A DNA stretch of 64,000 bases, from positions 7,653 to 71,652 of the forward strand of contig JAITHE010000087.1 of NCBI GenBank assembly GCA_031280125.1, in the 5' to 3' direction. The position numbers were made by a program, and so were the translations under genes. The DNA comes from Treponema sp. (GTDB lineage Bacteria; Spirochaetota; Spirochaetia; Treponematales; Breznakiellaceae). Each line of letters starts with the position of its first letter. Positions within the stretch are counted from its first letter, which is position 1. The notes below the pieces were generated by a model that had not been told where the DNA came from, did no database searches, and was given only the letters and a program-made list of their open reading frames with translations. Below, one piece after another: positions 9,931 to 19,850 of the stretch.

Positions 9931-10382
9931 CGGTCCTCCTGGTCCAGAATATGCATATCCCCCAGATCCCGCAGCAGTTTCTCCTGGAGGATCAGCATGG
10001 GTTCTTCCTCCCCGGAAGAAGGATGATCCATGCCCCCCAAATGGAGGATACCATGGATTAGCAGGCGGCGTAACTCTTCATCGGGGGAAACCCCAAAAAA
10101 GGCGGCATTTGTTTCCAGCGTATCCAGGGAGATCACTATATCCCCGGGAAGGAAAAAATCCCCGTCGGTTTCCCCCAGCACGAAGGAAAGAACATCGGTG
10201 GCCTCATCCCGGTTTCTGTAGCGGCTGTTAAGGGAACGGATGTATTGGTCGCCGCAGAAGCAAAGCGAAAGATCCCAGTTCCGCTTTTCAAGCCGTTCAA
10301 GCAGGGAACTTACAAAAGGGATGGTCCTGTCCAGCCAGGGCGGGGGCTCCCGCCCTTCCAGGGTAATTTCAATCCTGTTCAT
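9927..10382 (-). CDS. ybeY: rRNA maturation endoribonuclease YbeY
   Basis: Zinc motif HGILHLGGMDH. 151 aa. Conserved operon position. Confidence 0.9.
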   Translation of the reverse strand: MNRIEITLEGREPPPWLDRTIPFVSSLLERLEKRNWDLSLCFCGDQYIRSLNSRYRNRDEATDVLSFVLGETDGDFFLPGDIVISLDTLETNAAFFGVSPDEELRRLLIHGILHLGGMDHPSSGEEEPMLILQEKLLRDLGDMHILDQEDR

Positions 10383-12603
10383 CTGGTTTTACGGCCGGCA
10401 GCTTGGGATACTCGATCCGGGAATGATAATACCCCGCCAGCACCTTCACAAAGGCATGTTTTATTATCTCCAGTTCCCGGAAACTCAGATCCGACTGTGA
10501 AAGCTGGCCCTGTTCGATCTTGGAATCAAAAAGTTCCTGGATGTATTTTTCCATCCGGGCCACGGTGGGCTTTTTCAGGGTCCGCACAGCCGCTTCGGTT
10601 ACGTCCGCCAGCATGACCACGGCGGTTTCCTTTGACTGTGGAGGCCGGCCCGGATAAGTAAAATCTTCCATGTTGACGCCGCCCTCTTTTTTAAGGGCCT
10701 CGTTGTAAAACCAGGTGATGACCGAATTACCGTGGTGTTCCGCTATAAAGGCGATAATCGCCTCGGGAAGACCCAGGCTGCGGGCCTTTTCCACCCCCAG
10801 CTTGACGTGGCTGCGGATCACCGCGGCGGAAAGCCGGGGGGAAATATCCCGGTGCTTGTTGTAGGAAGTCTGGTTTTCCACAAAATAAGCGGGCTGTTCC
10901 ATCTTGCCGATGTCATGGTAGTAGGAACCCACCCGGGCAAGCAGGGCGTTGGCCCCGATTTCCTGGCAAGCCGTTTCCGCCAGGTTGGCCACCATGATCG
11001 AGTGGCTGTAGGTTCCCGGGGCAGCGTTGAAAAGCCGCTTCAAAACGGGGGAATTCAAATCCGAAAGCTCGATAAGCCTGAAGGGGGTAACGGCGTTCAA
11101 CGCCTGCTCCATGACAGGAAGCAGACCGATCACCAGAAGGGCCGAAACAAGGCCGTTAAAGGCAGCCCAGAACATCACCGGCAGGTAAAGCCCTGCCGCG
11201 GCCTGATACAGGAGCAGCCCGATCAGGGCGGCGGCAGCGTTGGCCAGGGCTATGAGCAGCCCTGCGTTAACCAGATCCATCCGTTTCCGGGCGTGCTGCA
11301 GCACATGGGCGGCGGTAAGCCCCGAACAGAGGGCAAAAACATAGGAAGTGGTATCGATGGATTCGGCAAGAAACGCCCCCAAAGGAAGGATCATCGCCGT
11401 TACCATGGCGGCGGGAAAACCCAGAAGAATGGCGGGCAGCATCACCACCAGAGCCGTGGGGAGGAGTATCGACAGGGGAAAATACACCTCCACCCGGACG
11501 AAGTGATTCAACAGGGCGGCGCCGGAAAGATAGGCCGCCGCCAGAATTGTCATCATGTAACATTCCGCGGACCGCAGGATCCGTCCCATACCGCGCTTTC
11601 CCATAAGGAAGATCAAAAAAAGGCAGATCACCAAAAGTCGGAGGATCTGCCCTGCCACAAGCCGGGGGTCCTTTCTTTCCATGGAAAGGTTCAGCGCCCG
11701 CAGCTCTTCCATTTCTCCAGAGGTGATGATAAAGCCCCGGCGGATAATCCGGTCCCCCCGTTCTATGTAGCGGTACACCGGTTCAATCTGGGAACGGACT
11801 TCCGCCGTCCGTTGTTCCGAATCGGCGGGGGAAAAAAAGACGTTTTCCCGGAGTATCAACCGGGCTATGCTCCCCGCCCCGGCGGCAAAATCCTGGGATA
11901 GCCGCTCGTCTTCAATATAACGAACCACGGCCCCGTCAAGCCTTTCCAGGGTAATGATGCGGCTGTAGTCTACCCGTTCCCGTTCAACCCGTTCCCCATA
12001 GTTGTGAAGCAGTTCCGCCGTATCCGGGTTATAGGCGAAAAGTTCCCGAAAACCGGGCAAAAGGTCTTCCTCCTTTTCCGGAGCGAGCCTGAAAATACCG
12101 GATTCAATAAAGAATTCCAACAGGCGCCGGCCCTGTTCCAGGGAATCCTCCCGGTTGGGGTCATGGTAAAGGGCGTTCAGGGCTTCTTCCCCAAAGAGGC
12201 CGGGAAATTCGGCGTTTACCCGGAACAGATAGGTTTCCCAGGGAGGATCTTCCCTGAAAAGGTTCACCGAAAACAGGGTAAAGCGGTCATAAATCCTCCT
12301 CATCCCGTCGTGGATGGAGAGGGAATATTTGAACACCGCCGGTACCAGCCGAAGATGAGCTTCCAGGCGGCTTTTGGTAGCGTCTTCGTCGATAAAGGAA
12401 ACAGGCTCGGAGGCAACCACATCCCGGTCTGCGACTTTGCCCGCCTCAAATTCTTCCAACCGTATTGAATCACCGCCGCCGGTAAAGAGGATCACCCCGG
12501 AGGTGATCACAAAAGCCCCTGCGGCGGCCAGAGCCGGCCCCCGGCGCAGACGGGAGATCCGTTTCAGCCAGGGACCGGGGGAAAGATCAATTTTTTTCGG
12601 CAT
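10369..12603 (-). CDS. 7TM-HD membrane phosphohydrolase (PgpH/YqfF-like)
   Basis: Extracellular N-terminal domain, then about 7 TM helices, then an HD domain (HSIMVANLAE...YYHDIGK). Overlaps the neighbouring genes on both sides. Confidence 0.85.
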   Translation of the reverse strand: MPKKIDLSPGPWLKRISRLRRGPALAAAGAFVITSGVILFTGGGDSIRLEEFEAGKVADRDVVASEPVSFIDEDATKSRLEAHLRLVPAVFKYSLSIHDGMRRIYDRFTLFSVNLFREDPPWETYLFRVNAEFPGLFGEEALNALYHDPNREDSLEQGRRLLEFFIESGIFRLAPEKEEDLLPGFRELFAYNPDTAELLHNYGERVERERVDYSRIITLERLDGAVVRYIEDERLSQDFAAGAGSIARLILRENVFFSPADSEQRTAEVRSQIEPVYRYIERGDRIIRRGFIITSGEMEELRALNLSMERKDPRLVAGQILRLLVICLFLIFLMGKRGMGRILRSAECYMMTILAAAYLSGAALLNHFVRVEVYFPLSILLPTALVVMLPAILLGFPAAMVTAMILPLGAFLAESIDTTSYVFALCSGLTAAHVLQHARKRMDLVNAGLLIALANAAAALIGLLLYQAAAGLYLPVMFWAAFNGLVSALLVIGLLPVMEQALNAVTPFRLIELSDLNSPVLKRLFNAAPGTYSHSIMVANLAETACQEIGANALLARVGSYYHDIGKMEQPAYFVENQTSYNKHRDISPRLSAAVIRSHVKLGVEKARSLGLPEAIIAFIAEHHGNSVITWFYNEALKKEGGVNMEDFTYPGRPPQSKETAVVMLADVTEAAVRTLKKPTVARMEKYIQELFDSKIEQGQLSQSDLSFRELEIIKHAFVKVLAGYYHSRIEYPKLPAVKPDEQD

Positions 12604-13564
12604 CGTATGCCTCGATTATTTTTTTTACCAGGGGATTCCTTACCACGTCGGAGGTGTTAAGATAGCCAAGGAAGATTCCCTCTATTCCGGCTTTGGCCAG
12701 CACCGACAGAGCGTGGAGAAGCCCGGAATCGTTCCGCCGGGGCAGATCTATCTGGGTGGTATCGCCGGTGATAACCGCCCGGGCGCCCTGACCGATGCGG
12801 GTTAGAAACATCTTCATCTGTTCTCTGGTGGTATTCTGGGCTTCGTCCAGGATGATCATGCAGTCGTTGAGGCTGCGGCCCCGCATATACGCCAGGGGAG
12901 CCACCTCAATGGCCCGGGTATCTTCCATGCGCCGGATCGTTTCGCAGGGAACCAGGGCCTCCATGGCGTCGTAGAGGGGGCGGAGGTAGGGGTTTATCTT
13001 CTGGGCAAGATCCCCCGGAAGATACCCCAGGCTTTCCCCCGCTTCCACCACAGGCCGGGTTAATACCAGTTTCCTCACCTTTTTGGAAAGCACCAGGCGG
13101 AGGGCCTCGGCGATGGCCAGGAAGGTTTTTCCCGTTCCCGCCGGCCCTACGCAAACACTAATATCGTGGCCCCTCATGCCCCGGATATAAAGGGCCTGGT
13201 TACGGCTGCGGGGAAACACCTTGGTAAACCCCTGGGGAATTTGTATCAGGTTATCCCGCAGGACATCCTTCCCGGCCAGACAGGCAGCCGCCTCCGCATT
13301 CCGGATAAAGGTTTCCGCCAGGGCTTCCACGTATTCCGTAGAGGGGTATTCCCCCTCCCGGACGGCGTGGACCAGGCTGTCAATCACCGTTTTGAAACGG
13401 CTGCGCCCCGCCTCGTCAACCCCGGTAAGGGATATTTCGTTACCCCTGGTACGGATACGCCCCCCCAGGGAACCGGCAATTACCTTGAGATTCTGGTCAT
13501 TGACTCCACAGACTCCGGACAGTATCTCATTGTTGTCCAGAACTATGGTGATACCTTCTTCCAA
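12587..13564 (-). CDS. phoH: PhoH/YbeZ-family ATPase
   Basis: Walker A GPAGTGKTFLA and the PhoH C-terminal blocks are present. The longest ORF (to 13663) overlaps tRNA-Val, so it cannot be right. In-frame TTG codons at 13600 and 13564 are the candidates. I prefer 13564 because a TTGACG-17-TATTAT promoter sits just upstream. The start remains uncertain. Confidence 0.85.
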   Translation of the reverse strand: MEEGITIVLDNNEILSGVCGVNDQNLKVIAGSLGGRIRTRGNEISLTGVDEAGRSRFKTVIDSLVHAVREGEYPSTEYVEALAETFIRNAEAAACLAGKDVLRDNLIQIPQGFTKVFPRSRNQALYIRGMRGHDISVCVGPAGTGKTFLAIAEALRLVLSKKVRKLVLTRPVVEAGESLGYLPGDLAQKINPYLRPLYDAMEALVPCETIRRMEDTRAIEVAPLAYMRGRSLNDCMIILDEAQNTTREQMKMFLTRIGQGARAVITGDTTQIDLPRRNDSGLLHALSVLAKAGIEGIFLGYLNTSDVVRNPLVKKIIEAYDAEKN

Positions 13565-13571
13565 CGGATTT

Positions 13572-13600
13572 ATAATACAACGGCCCGGAAAGCGCGTCAA
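13572..13600 (-). promoter_or_regulatory. Sigma-70-type promoter for the phoH operon
   Basis: Read on the minus strand: -35 TTGACG (13600-13595), a 17-nt spacer, -10 TATTAT (13577-13572), then 7 nt to the in-frame TTG at 13564. Confidence 0.5.
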
Positions 13601-13633
13601 TGAGGAAAAAACACTTCCCCGTAACAATTGTAC

Positions 13634-13707
13634 TGGGCGCGCAGGGATTCGAACCCCGGACATCCACGGTGTAAACGTGGCGCTCTAACCAGCTGAGCTA
13701 CGCGCCC
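13634..13707 (-). tRNA. tRNA-Val (anticodon TAC)
   Basis: The reverse complement GGGCGCGTAGCTCAGCTGGTTAGAGCGCCACGTTTACACCGTGGATGTCCGGGGTTCGAATCCCTGCGCGCCCA folds as a cloverleaf. Acceptor stem 7 bp, D stem GCTC/GAGC, anticodon stem CCACG/CGTGG with loop TTTACAC, T loop TTCGAAT. CCA is not encoded. Confidence 0.95.
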
Positions 13708-13755
13708 GCCCCGGCAAAGACCGTCCCATTACCCTGCCAAAAAAGAAACGTCCTG

Positions 13756-14538
13756 TCAAGGCCGGACGGCCTGTTCCCGAAGGGGTTTTTCCTGACCCGT
13801 CCCGGGGAGTATATGAGTTTTAAGGGCCCGGGCTATATCGTCGTGCAGCCTATCTGCCAAAAGCTGCTTCCTGTCCTGGGGGGCCAGTTCCGCGGGATTT
13901 ACAGGAGAAAGGAAGCTGACGTTTACCGGGACGGCACGGACCCTGCGGGTTTTCTCAAACACGTCGTAACTGCCGGTGATGGCCAGAGGAACGATGACGG
14001 CCCCCGACTGGGATGCCAATTTAAGGGAACCGGGATGGAACGGGGCCAGTCCCCGGCCGCGGCTCCTGGTACCTTCGGGAAAGATCAGCATGGCGGATCC
14101 GGCCCTGAGCCTCCCTATCCCCAGGTTGATGGTTTTAAGGGCGTTCCTGGGCCGCCTCCGGTCGATAAAGAGCCCTCCCAGAAGGAAGATCCAAATATTC
14201 ACCCCCGGTACAAAAACCAGTTCCTTTTTGGCAATAAACCCGAAGGGCCGGCCAGCGTATGCCAGGGCCAGGATAATATCAAAAATCCCCACGTGGTTGG
14301 AAACAAAGCATACCCCGCCTTTTTTGGGAATGTTTTCCCTTCCGGTTACCGTTGCGGAACATCCGGTAAGAAAAACAAGCATCACCGCCCAGGCCTGGGC
14401 CAGTTTGTAAACCACAAATCCCATGGATTTTTTGAGGCCGAAGAAACTTAAGGCAAAACACAGCAGGGCCGCCGGGATAAAAAGAACCATGGAAAGACCG
14501 GTAACGCCAAAAATAACGGCAGTTTTTGCAAAGACCAT
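13756..14538 (-). CDS. plsC: 1-acyl-sn-glycerol-3-phosphate acyltransferase
   Basis: HX4D motif NHVGIFD and the FPEGTRS block. N-terminal TM helices. Confidence 0.85.
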   Translation of the reverse strand: MVFAKTAVIFGVTGLSMVLFIPAALLCFALSFFGLKKSMGFVVYKLAQAWAVMLVFLTGCSATVTGRENIPKKGGVCFVSNHVGIFDIILALAYAGRPFGFIAKKELVFVPGVNIWIFLLGGLFIDRRRPRNALKTINLGIGRLRAGSAMLIFPEGTRSRGRGLAPFHPGSLKLASQSGAVIVPLAITGSYDVFEKTRRVRAVPVNVSFLSPVNPAELAPQDRKQLLADRLHDDIARALKTHILPGTGQEKPLREQAVRP

Positions 14539-14549
14539 GCAATTCGCTC

Positions 14550-15200
14550 CTAAAACCGGCCCGCGCCGAGAATCTCAAGCTCCTTCCGGGCCGCTCCGGG
14601 GCTCTCCCAAAAAAATGCTGCCATACCCAGATCACGGGCGGCCTCCACGTTGGCCTCGGCGTCGTCAAAAAAAACCACTTCCTCCGGGCCGCAGTCAAGC
14701 CGTGAAAGGAGAATCCGGTATATCTTTTCTTCCGGCTTGACCGCGTCCACATCGCAGGAATACACTGCCTCGTCGGGGAGGCCTAAAACGGGAAGGCTCT
14801 CCCGGATATGGTCTACAAAGGGGCGGATCATATTGGAAAGAATTCCCAGCTTAAAGCCCGCCGCCTTGAGATCCCGCATAAGCTGTTCCGTCAGGGGATT
14901 AACCCTGGACCAACTGGCCAGATCCCGGTCAATCAGCCTTTGGACGGCCCCGGGATCGGGAAAAACCCCCACGTCGGCCAGCATATTTTTAAAGTATTCC
15001 TCTCCGCTTACCAGATCCTGATCATACAAGGGCCGGCTGTTCCAGTAGATCCTGTACATCAGAGCGGCGTCGATCCCCGCTATGGCGGCCATGTCCCGCA
15101 TGGCCTCTCCGTCCTGGGGCATGGAAATAACTCCCCCGTAATCAAAGGCAACCGCTTTAATGCTCACCCCGCAACCCCCAATTTTTATAGGATACACCAT
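14550..15200 (-). CDS. HAD-superfamily hydrolase (subfamily IA-like)
   Basis: Motif I AFDYGGV, LGILSN, and motif IV FFDDAEANVEAA. The start could be a few codons downstream (a GTG at V12). Confidence 0.75.
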   Translation of the reverse strand: MVYPIKIGGCGVSIKAVAFDYGGVISMPQDGEAMRDMAAIAGIDAALMYRIYWNSRPLYDQDLVSGEEYFKNMLADVGVFPDPGAVQRLIDRDLASWSRVNPLTEQLMRDLKAAGFKLGILSNMIRPFVDHIRESLPVLGLPDEAVYSCDVDAVKPEEKIYRILLSRLDCGPEEVVFFDDAEANVEAARDLGMAAFFWESPGAARKELEILGAGRF

Positions 15201-15247
15201 TTTTGCCCGGTGGGGAAGGGAAATCCGAATTTCCGGAAACCGCCGCC

Positions 15248-18200
15248 CTACCCCGTCAGAGTCGCCAGCTTTTCCCGGATAAACTCACTTTTTTCCTTAA
15301 GGCCGATACTGCCGGTTTTAAGGAGCAGTACGTTAGGTTCCCGGGGATCGAGCCTGACCCGGCCTGCACTTTCCTTCATAAGCCGGAGAAGCCGGTCCAC
15401 GGCTACCCTGGAGACCTTGCCGAATTCCACCCGTACCGTCCCTGCCTTTTCCCGGAGGGAAGACACCGCCAGATCCCGGCACATGATCCTGATTTCCGCC
15501 AGGGCCAGAAGACTAGCCGCTTCATCCGGGGGCGGACCAAAACGGTCGGCAAGTTCCCCATGGAGATTGTCCAGCTCTTCCCTGGTCCTGACGGCGGCAA
15601 TTTTCTTGTAAACCTCCATTTTTGACGAGGTTTCTTCCACATAGGAATCGGGGATAAAACCCGAATATTCCAGTTCCAGGAAGGTTTCCGTTTCCGCCTC
15701 GTAGTTTTCATTCTCCAGCCGCCGGACAGCGTCGTCCAAAAGGCGGAGGTACAGGTCAAAACCCACCGAATAAATATCCCCGCTCTGTTCCCGGCCCAGA
15801 AGATTCCCCGCCCCCCGGATCTCCAGATCCTTCATGGCGATCTTGAACCCCGATCCCAGCTCAGTAAAGTCGGAGATTACCTCCAGGCGCTTCATGGCCA
15901 GTTCCGAAAGGGCCCTGCCGGGGGGATAAAAAAGATAGGCGTAGGCCACCCGGTCCGAGCGGCCCACCCTGCCCCTGAGCTGGTAGAGCTGGGAGATACC
16001 GTACATATCCGCCCGGTCGATGATAATGGTATTCACGTTGGGAATGTCGATGCCGTTTTCAATGATCGTGGTGGACACGAGGATGTGGAAACCGCCGTGG
16101 ATAAAGCGGTGCATCACCTCTTCCAGTTCCCGGCCCTCCATCCGGCCGTGGGCGGTCTCCACCAGCAGTTCCGGCAGGAGGCGCTCCAGCATGATCCTTG
16201 TTTCCCTAAGGGTTTCTATCCTGTTGTGGAGAAAAAACACCTGCCCTCCCCGTTCCGCCTCGGCGCGGATCGCGGCGGCCAGGCGGTCTTTGTCAAACTC
16301 TCCGATGATCGTTTCAATGGGATGACGGTTTTGGGGAGGGGTAGCCAGGAGGCTCATGTCCCGGATTTTAAGGAGGCTCATGTGGAGGGTCCGGGGTATG
16401 GGGGTGGCTGAAAGGGTAAGGCAGTCCACATTGGTTTTCAGTTCCTTGAGCCGTTCCTTGTCCCGGACGCCGAAACGCTGTTCCTCATCTACCACCAGGA
16501 GTCCCAGGTCCCGGTAGACCACGTCCTTCTGGATGATCCGGTGGGTCCCCACAAGGACATCCACTTCCCCCTTTGCCAGGGCGGCGATAATCCGGCGGGT
16601 TTCCGCGGGGCGGACAAAGCGGGACAGCATGGCCAGCCTAACCGGAAAAGCGCCGAACCGTTCCTGGAAATTGTCGTAGTGCTGTTCCGCCAAAATAGTG
16701 GTGGAGGCCAGAAAAGCCGCCTGTTTGCCCCCCATAACGGCCTTAAAGCAGGCCCGGACCGCTACTTCCGTTTTACCGTACCCCACATCGCCGCAGACCA
16801 GCCTGTCCATGGGGTGAGGGCTTTCCATATCGGTCTTAATCTCCTCCACACAGCGCAGTTGATCTTCGGTTTCCTCAAAGGGAAAGGCCGCCTCGAACAT
16901 AAGCTGCCATTCGCTGTCCCGGGGAAAGGCAAAACCCGGGGCGGTCCGGCGCTTTGAATAGAGGGCGATCAGCCGCTCCGCTATATCCTCCACGGATTTT
17001 TTGACCCGGCTTTTACGGTTTTCCCAGTTTTTGGAACCGATCTTGTCAAGCCGGGGCGGGTTCCCCTCGCTCCCGATATAGCGCTGAACCAGGTTTACCT
17101 GTTCTATGGGGACCATGATCGATTCATCGTCCTGATATTCAAGCCTGACATAGTCCCGTTCATGCCCCAGGGCGCGGATCCGTTCAATCCCCCGAAAAAG
17201 TCCTATGCCGTAATTAACGTGGACCACGTAGTCCCCGGGGTTCAGTTCCACAAAGGTGTCAATGGGAGTGCTTTTGACCTTGGACAGGGACCGGGGGGGA
17301 CGGCGGCGGCGGCCAAAGATTTCGTTTTCCTGGACCGCCATAAATTTTGATTCCGGCAGGGAAAAACCTCCGGAAAGGGGGGCGCCGATCACCGTTATGC
17401 AGGAAAGGCCGCCGCCGCTCAACAGTTCCCGGATCCGGGCCGCTTGAATACCGGATTCCGCCGCCACCACGACGGTCCAGCCTTGCCCGGTCAGGGAAGA
17501 AAATTCTTCCCGCAAATAAGCGATGTTGCCGAAAAAACTCCGGGAAGGTTCGCAGGATACCCGAAGGCGTTTTTTTTCTCCGCCGCGGATTGACATAAAG
17601 GACAGGGTATTGATCCCCAGGGACTGCGCCGCCCCGGCGAGGCCGTCAAAACCGAGGAGTACCCGTTCCGGGGCGGGGAGGAGCCGTTCCATGGAAACAT
17701 GACCCCCCTGGGCCGTCCGTTGGGAGGCCCTCCGGGCCTGCAGGAAAAGTCCCCGGTATTCTTCCTCCAGCGCGTCCTGGGCGTTTTCCAGCCGTTCCCG
17801 GTCAAGAAAAAACACCAGGGCGCCGCTTCCCAGATAATCCAGGATCGAGGCCGCCGGGGCGGAAAAAGCCAGGGAAAACAACAATTCCTCCCCGGGGATA
17901 TTTTCCCCGGAACCCAGGACGCCGGGCGGCAGTGTTCCCGCAGGGAATTCAGGCAGCCGGTCCACATTCTTTTTCAACGCCGAAAGGGTATCTTCCTTCC
18001 AGATCACTTCCTTGAGGGGCCGTAGAAAGAGGGATTCCAGCCTTTCCCCGCCGGTACCCTGGTTAGGATCCAGGGGTTGAAAACGCTTGATCGATTCCAC
18101 CCGGTCAAAGTCCAGCAGGATCCGGCAGGCCTCTTCATCCCCCCCCATAAAAATATCCAGTACCTCCCCCCGGAGGGCAAATTCACCGTGAAGCTGAACC

Positions 18201-18772
18201 CGGGGCGTCCGGGTATACCCCCGCTCCACCAGGGCCGCCGCCAGGGTTTGGGTATTAAGGGAATCGCCGGTTTTGACAGGGAGAAGGAGGCTCCGAAAAT
18301 AATCCGGCGGCGGCAGGGGGGTCAGAAAGGCCCGTTCCGGCATAATGATAAAGGGCGCCGCCCCTTCGCCGGAATCCCATCCGCCTGCCAGGGCCGCCAG
18401 CGCTTTGGTCCGTTCCCCAAAAACCGCCTGAATGGGGGCGGCATCCCGGTAGGGCAAAGCTCCCCACCATGGAAAGATTAGAGCCGGAACCCCGCAGCTA
18501 TCCAGATCCGCCGCCAGTTCCTCCGCCTCTTTTTCGGTGGGGACCACCGCCAGCAGGGGGTGATCCGGCGGAAATGGGGCTGCCGTCCGGGCTTCCGCGG
18601 CAACCAGGGTTTCCCGGATCAGGGCAAGGATCATCCCCCGGGCGGCTCCTTCGGGCCCCTCAAGTTCCAGAGAAAAAGACGGCGTCCCTTTGATTTGACG
18701 CAGCAGGGCGGCGACGGAGGGATCGGAACGGAGGGCGCCAAGGATTGGGTTCAGGGTATTCATAGGATTCAC
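15248..18772 (-). CDS. mfd: Transcription-repair coupling factor
   Basis: 1174 aa. CarD-like YVVHVNYGIGLF, helicase motifs GDVGYGKTEVA and DEEQRFGV, and the TRG region. GTG start with a GGGGA Shine-Dalgarno sequence. Confidence 0.95.
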   Translation of the reverse strand: MNPMNTLNPILGALRSDPSVAALLRQIKGTPSFSLELEGPEGAARGMILALIRETLVAAEARTAAPFPPDHPLLAVVPTEKEAEELAADLDSCGVPALIFPWWGALPYRDAAPIQAVFGERTKALAALAGGWDSGEGAAPFIIMPERAFLTPLPPPDYFRSLLLPVKTGDSLNTQTLAAALVERGYTRTPRVQLHGEFALRGEVLDIFMGGDEEACRILLDFDRVESIKRFQPLDPNQGTGGERLESLFLRPLKEVIWKEDTLSALKKNVDRLPEFPAGTLPPGVLGSGENIPGEELLFSLAFSAPAASILDYLGSGALVFFLDRERLENAQDALEEEYRGLFLQARRASQRTAQGGHVSMERLLPAPERVLLGFDGLAGAAQSLGINTLSFMSIRGGEKKRLRVSCEPSRSFFGNIAYLREEFSSLTGQGWTVVVAAESGIQAARIRELLSGGGLSCITVIGAPLSGGFSLPESKFMAVQENEIFGRRRRPPRSLSKVKSTPIDTFVELNPGDYVVHVNYGIGLFRGIERIRALGHERDYVRLEYQDDESIMVPIEQVNLVQRYIGSEGNPPRLDKIGSKNWENRKSRVKKSVEDIAERLIALYSKRRTAPGFAFPRDSEWQLMFEAAFPFEETEDQLRCVEEIKTDMESPHPMDRLVCGDVGYGKTEVAVRACFKAVMGGKQAAFLASTTILAEQHYDNFQERFGAFPVRLAMLSRFVRPAETRRIIAALAKGEVDVLVGTHRIIQKDVVYRDLGLLVVDEEQRFGVRDKERLKELKTNVDCLTLSATPIPRTLHMSLLKIRDMSLLATPPQNRHPIETIIGEFDKDRLAAAIRAEAERGGQVFFLHNRIETLRETRIMLERLLPELLVETAHGRMEGRELEEVMHRFIHGGFHILVSTTIIENGIDIPNVNTIIIDRADMYGISQLYQLRGRVGRSDRVAYAYLFYPPGRALSELAMKRLEVISDFTELGSGFKIAMKDLEIRGAGNLLGREQSGDIYSVGFDLYLRLLDDAVRRLENENYEAETETFLELEYSGFIPDSYVEETSSKMEVYKKIAAVRTREELDNLHGELADRFGPPPDEAASLLALAEIRIMCRDLAVSSLREKAGTVRVEFGKVSRVAVDRLLRLMKESAGRVRLDPREPNVLLLKTGSIGLKEKSEFIREKLATLTG

Positions 18773-18851
18773 AAAGCTTCCCCTTTAGGGGTATAAGGGC
18801 CTGCCGATAAGTATATAATAGAAACGTGTCTTTTGTAACAGGAGTTATGGG

Positions 18852-19850
18852 GTGAAACACAAACGGGTTCTTGCGGCCCTGGCGGCGGTTTTTTGCGTCC
18901 TTTTTACCCCGACGGCGAAGGCTCAGCCGCGGAGCGGCGATAGTTTCCCGTCGCAGGTGGACCTTTCCATACGGTTTTACGACAAAAAAGTATATCATAT
19001 TTCAGGCCCTTCGGGGGAACCGGTGTATGTTCAGGTAACGCTGACCAACCGGAGTCCCGGGAGCTTCCGTTTCAAGCTGGCGGACGAACGGGTTTTTTCC
19101 GTGGATTTCGATGTCCGGAATCTGGCCAACCAGAGCCTGGAATTGGCGGATTATATTATCCGTAGGCGCAGTGAAAGCCGCCACGTATATTTTAGGGAAA
19201 TTACCGTTGAACCGGGGGAATCCTTTTCCTTTGTGGAGGATATCCGCAACTACGCTGCTCTGGGGGAACCGGGATCCTTTGTGATCCAGGCCCGGATCTT
19301 TCCCGAACTGCTCCGGGAAAATTCCGCCCAGGCGGTTCCCCTGGTATCAAACCGCCTGAATTTGAACCTCCGCCCGCCTGTTCTGCCCGGTCCGGAGGGC
19401 GTTCCCTTTGAGATAGACGTGGAATCCGGGGCGGTTCTGGTGAGGGAAAAACTTCCCCCCGACGAGGCGGTCGCCTATATGCTCACCGCCCGGCAGAAAT
19501 CCCAGTGGGAAAAATTCTTTCTATACATGAACCTGGAGGCGATGATCACCAACGACGCCGCCCGCCGCAGAAGCTGGCTTAACGAATCCGAGGAGGGGCG
19601 GCTTCGGATGATAGCCAAGTACCGGTCGGATCTGCAAAATTCCGTTGCCGACGAGGATATCGCCCTTATTCCTTCCGATTTTCGGATTGAAAACACCTCC
19701 TACAGCGGGGAAACCGGTACGGTGGTGGCAACCCAGTGGTTCCGCATCGGACGGATAACCGAGCGCCGCCGCTATGCCTACACCCTGCGCCGTACCGATG
19801 ACATTTGGCTTATAGAAGACTATACTGTAACCAGGCTGGGGACTGAATGA
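18852..19850 (+). CDS. Secreted hypothetical protein
   Basis: GTG start 7 nt after AGGAG. Signal peptide MKHKRVLAALAAVFCVLFTPTAKA. I recognised no motif. Confidence 0.6.
   Translation: MKHKRVLAALAAVFCVLFTPTAKAQPRSGDSFPSQVDLSIRFYDKKVYHISGPSGEPVYVQVTLTNRSPGSFRFKLADERVFSVDFDVRNLANQSLELADYIIRRRSESRHVYFREITVEPGESFSFVEDIRNYAALGEPGSFVIQARIFPELLRENSAQAVPLVSNRLNLNLRPPVLPGPEGVPFEIDVESGAVLVREKLPPDEAVAYMLTARQKSQWEKFFLYMNLEAMITNDAARRRSWLNESEEGRLRMIAKYRSDLQNSVADEDIALIPSDFRIENTSYSGETGTVVATQWFRIGRITERRRYAYTLRRTDDIWLIEDYTVTRLGTE

Noticed and set aside
10732-11901. 389-aa ORF on the plus strand
   Set aside because: It is antisense to the 7TM-HD phosphohydrolase gene. Its G/R/P/H-rich composition is typical of GC-rich shadow frames, and it has no start signals.
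13601-13663. N-terminal extension of the phoH ORF (ATG at 13663)
   Set aside because: It overlaps tRNA-Val (13634-13707) on the same strand, and the extension is not PhoH-like.
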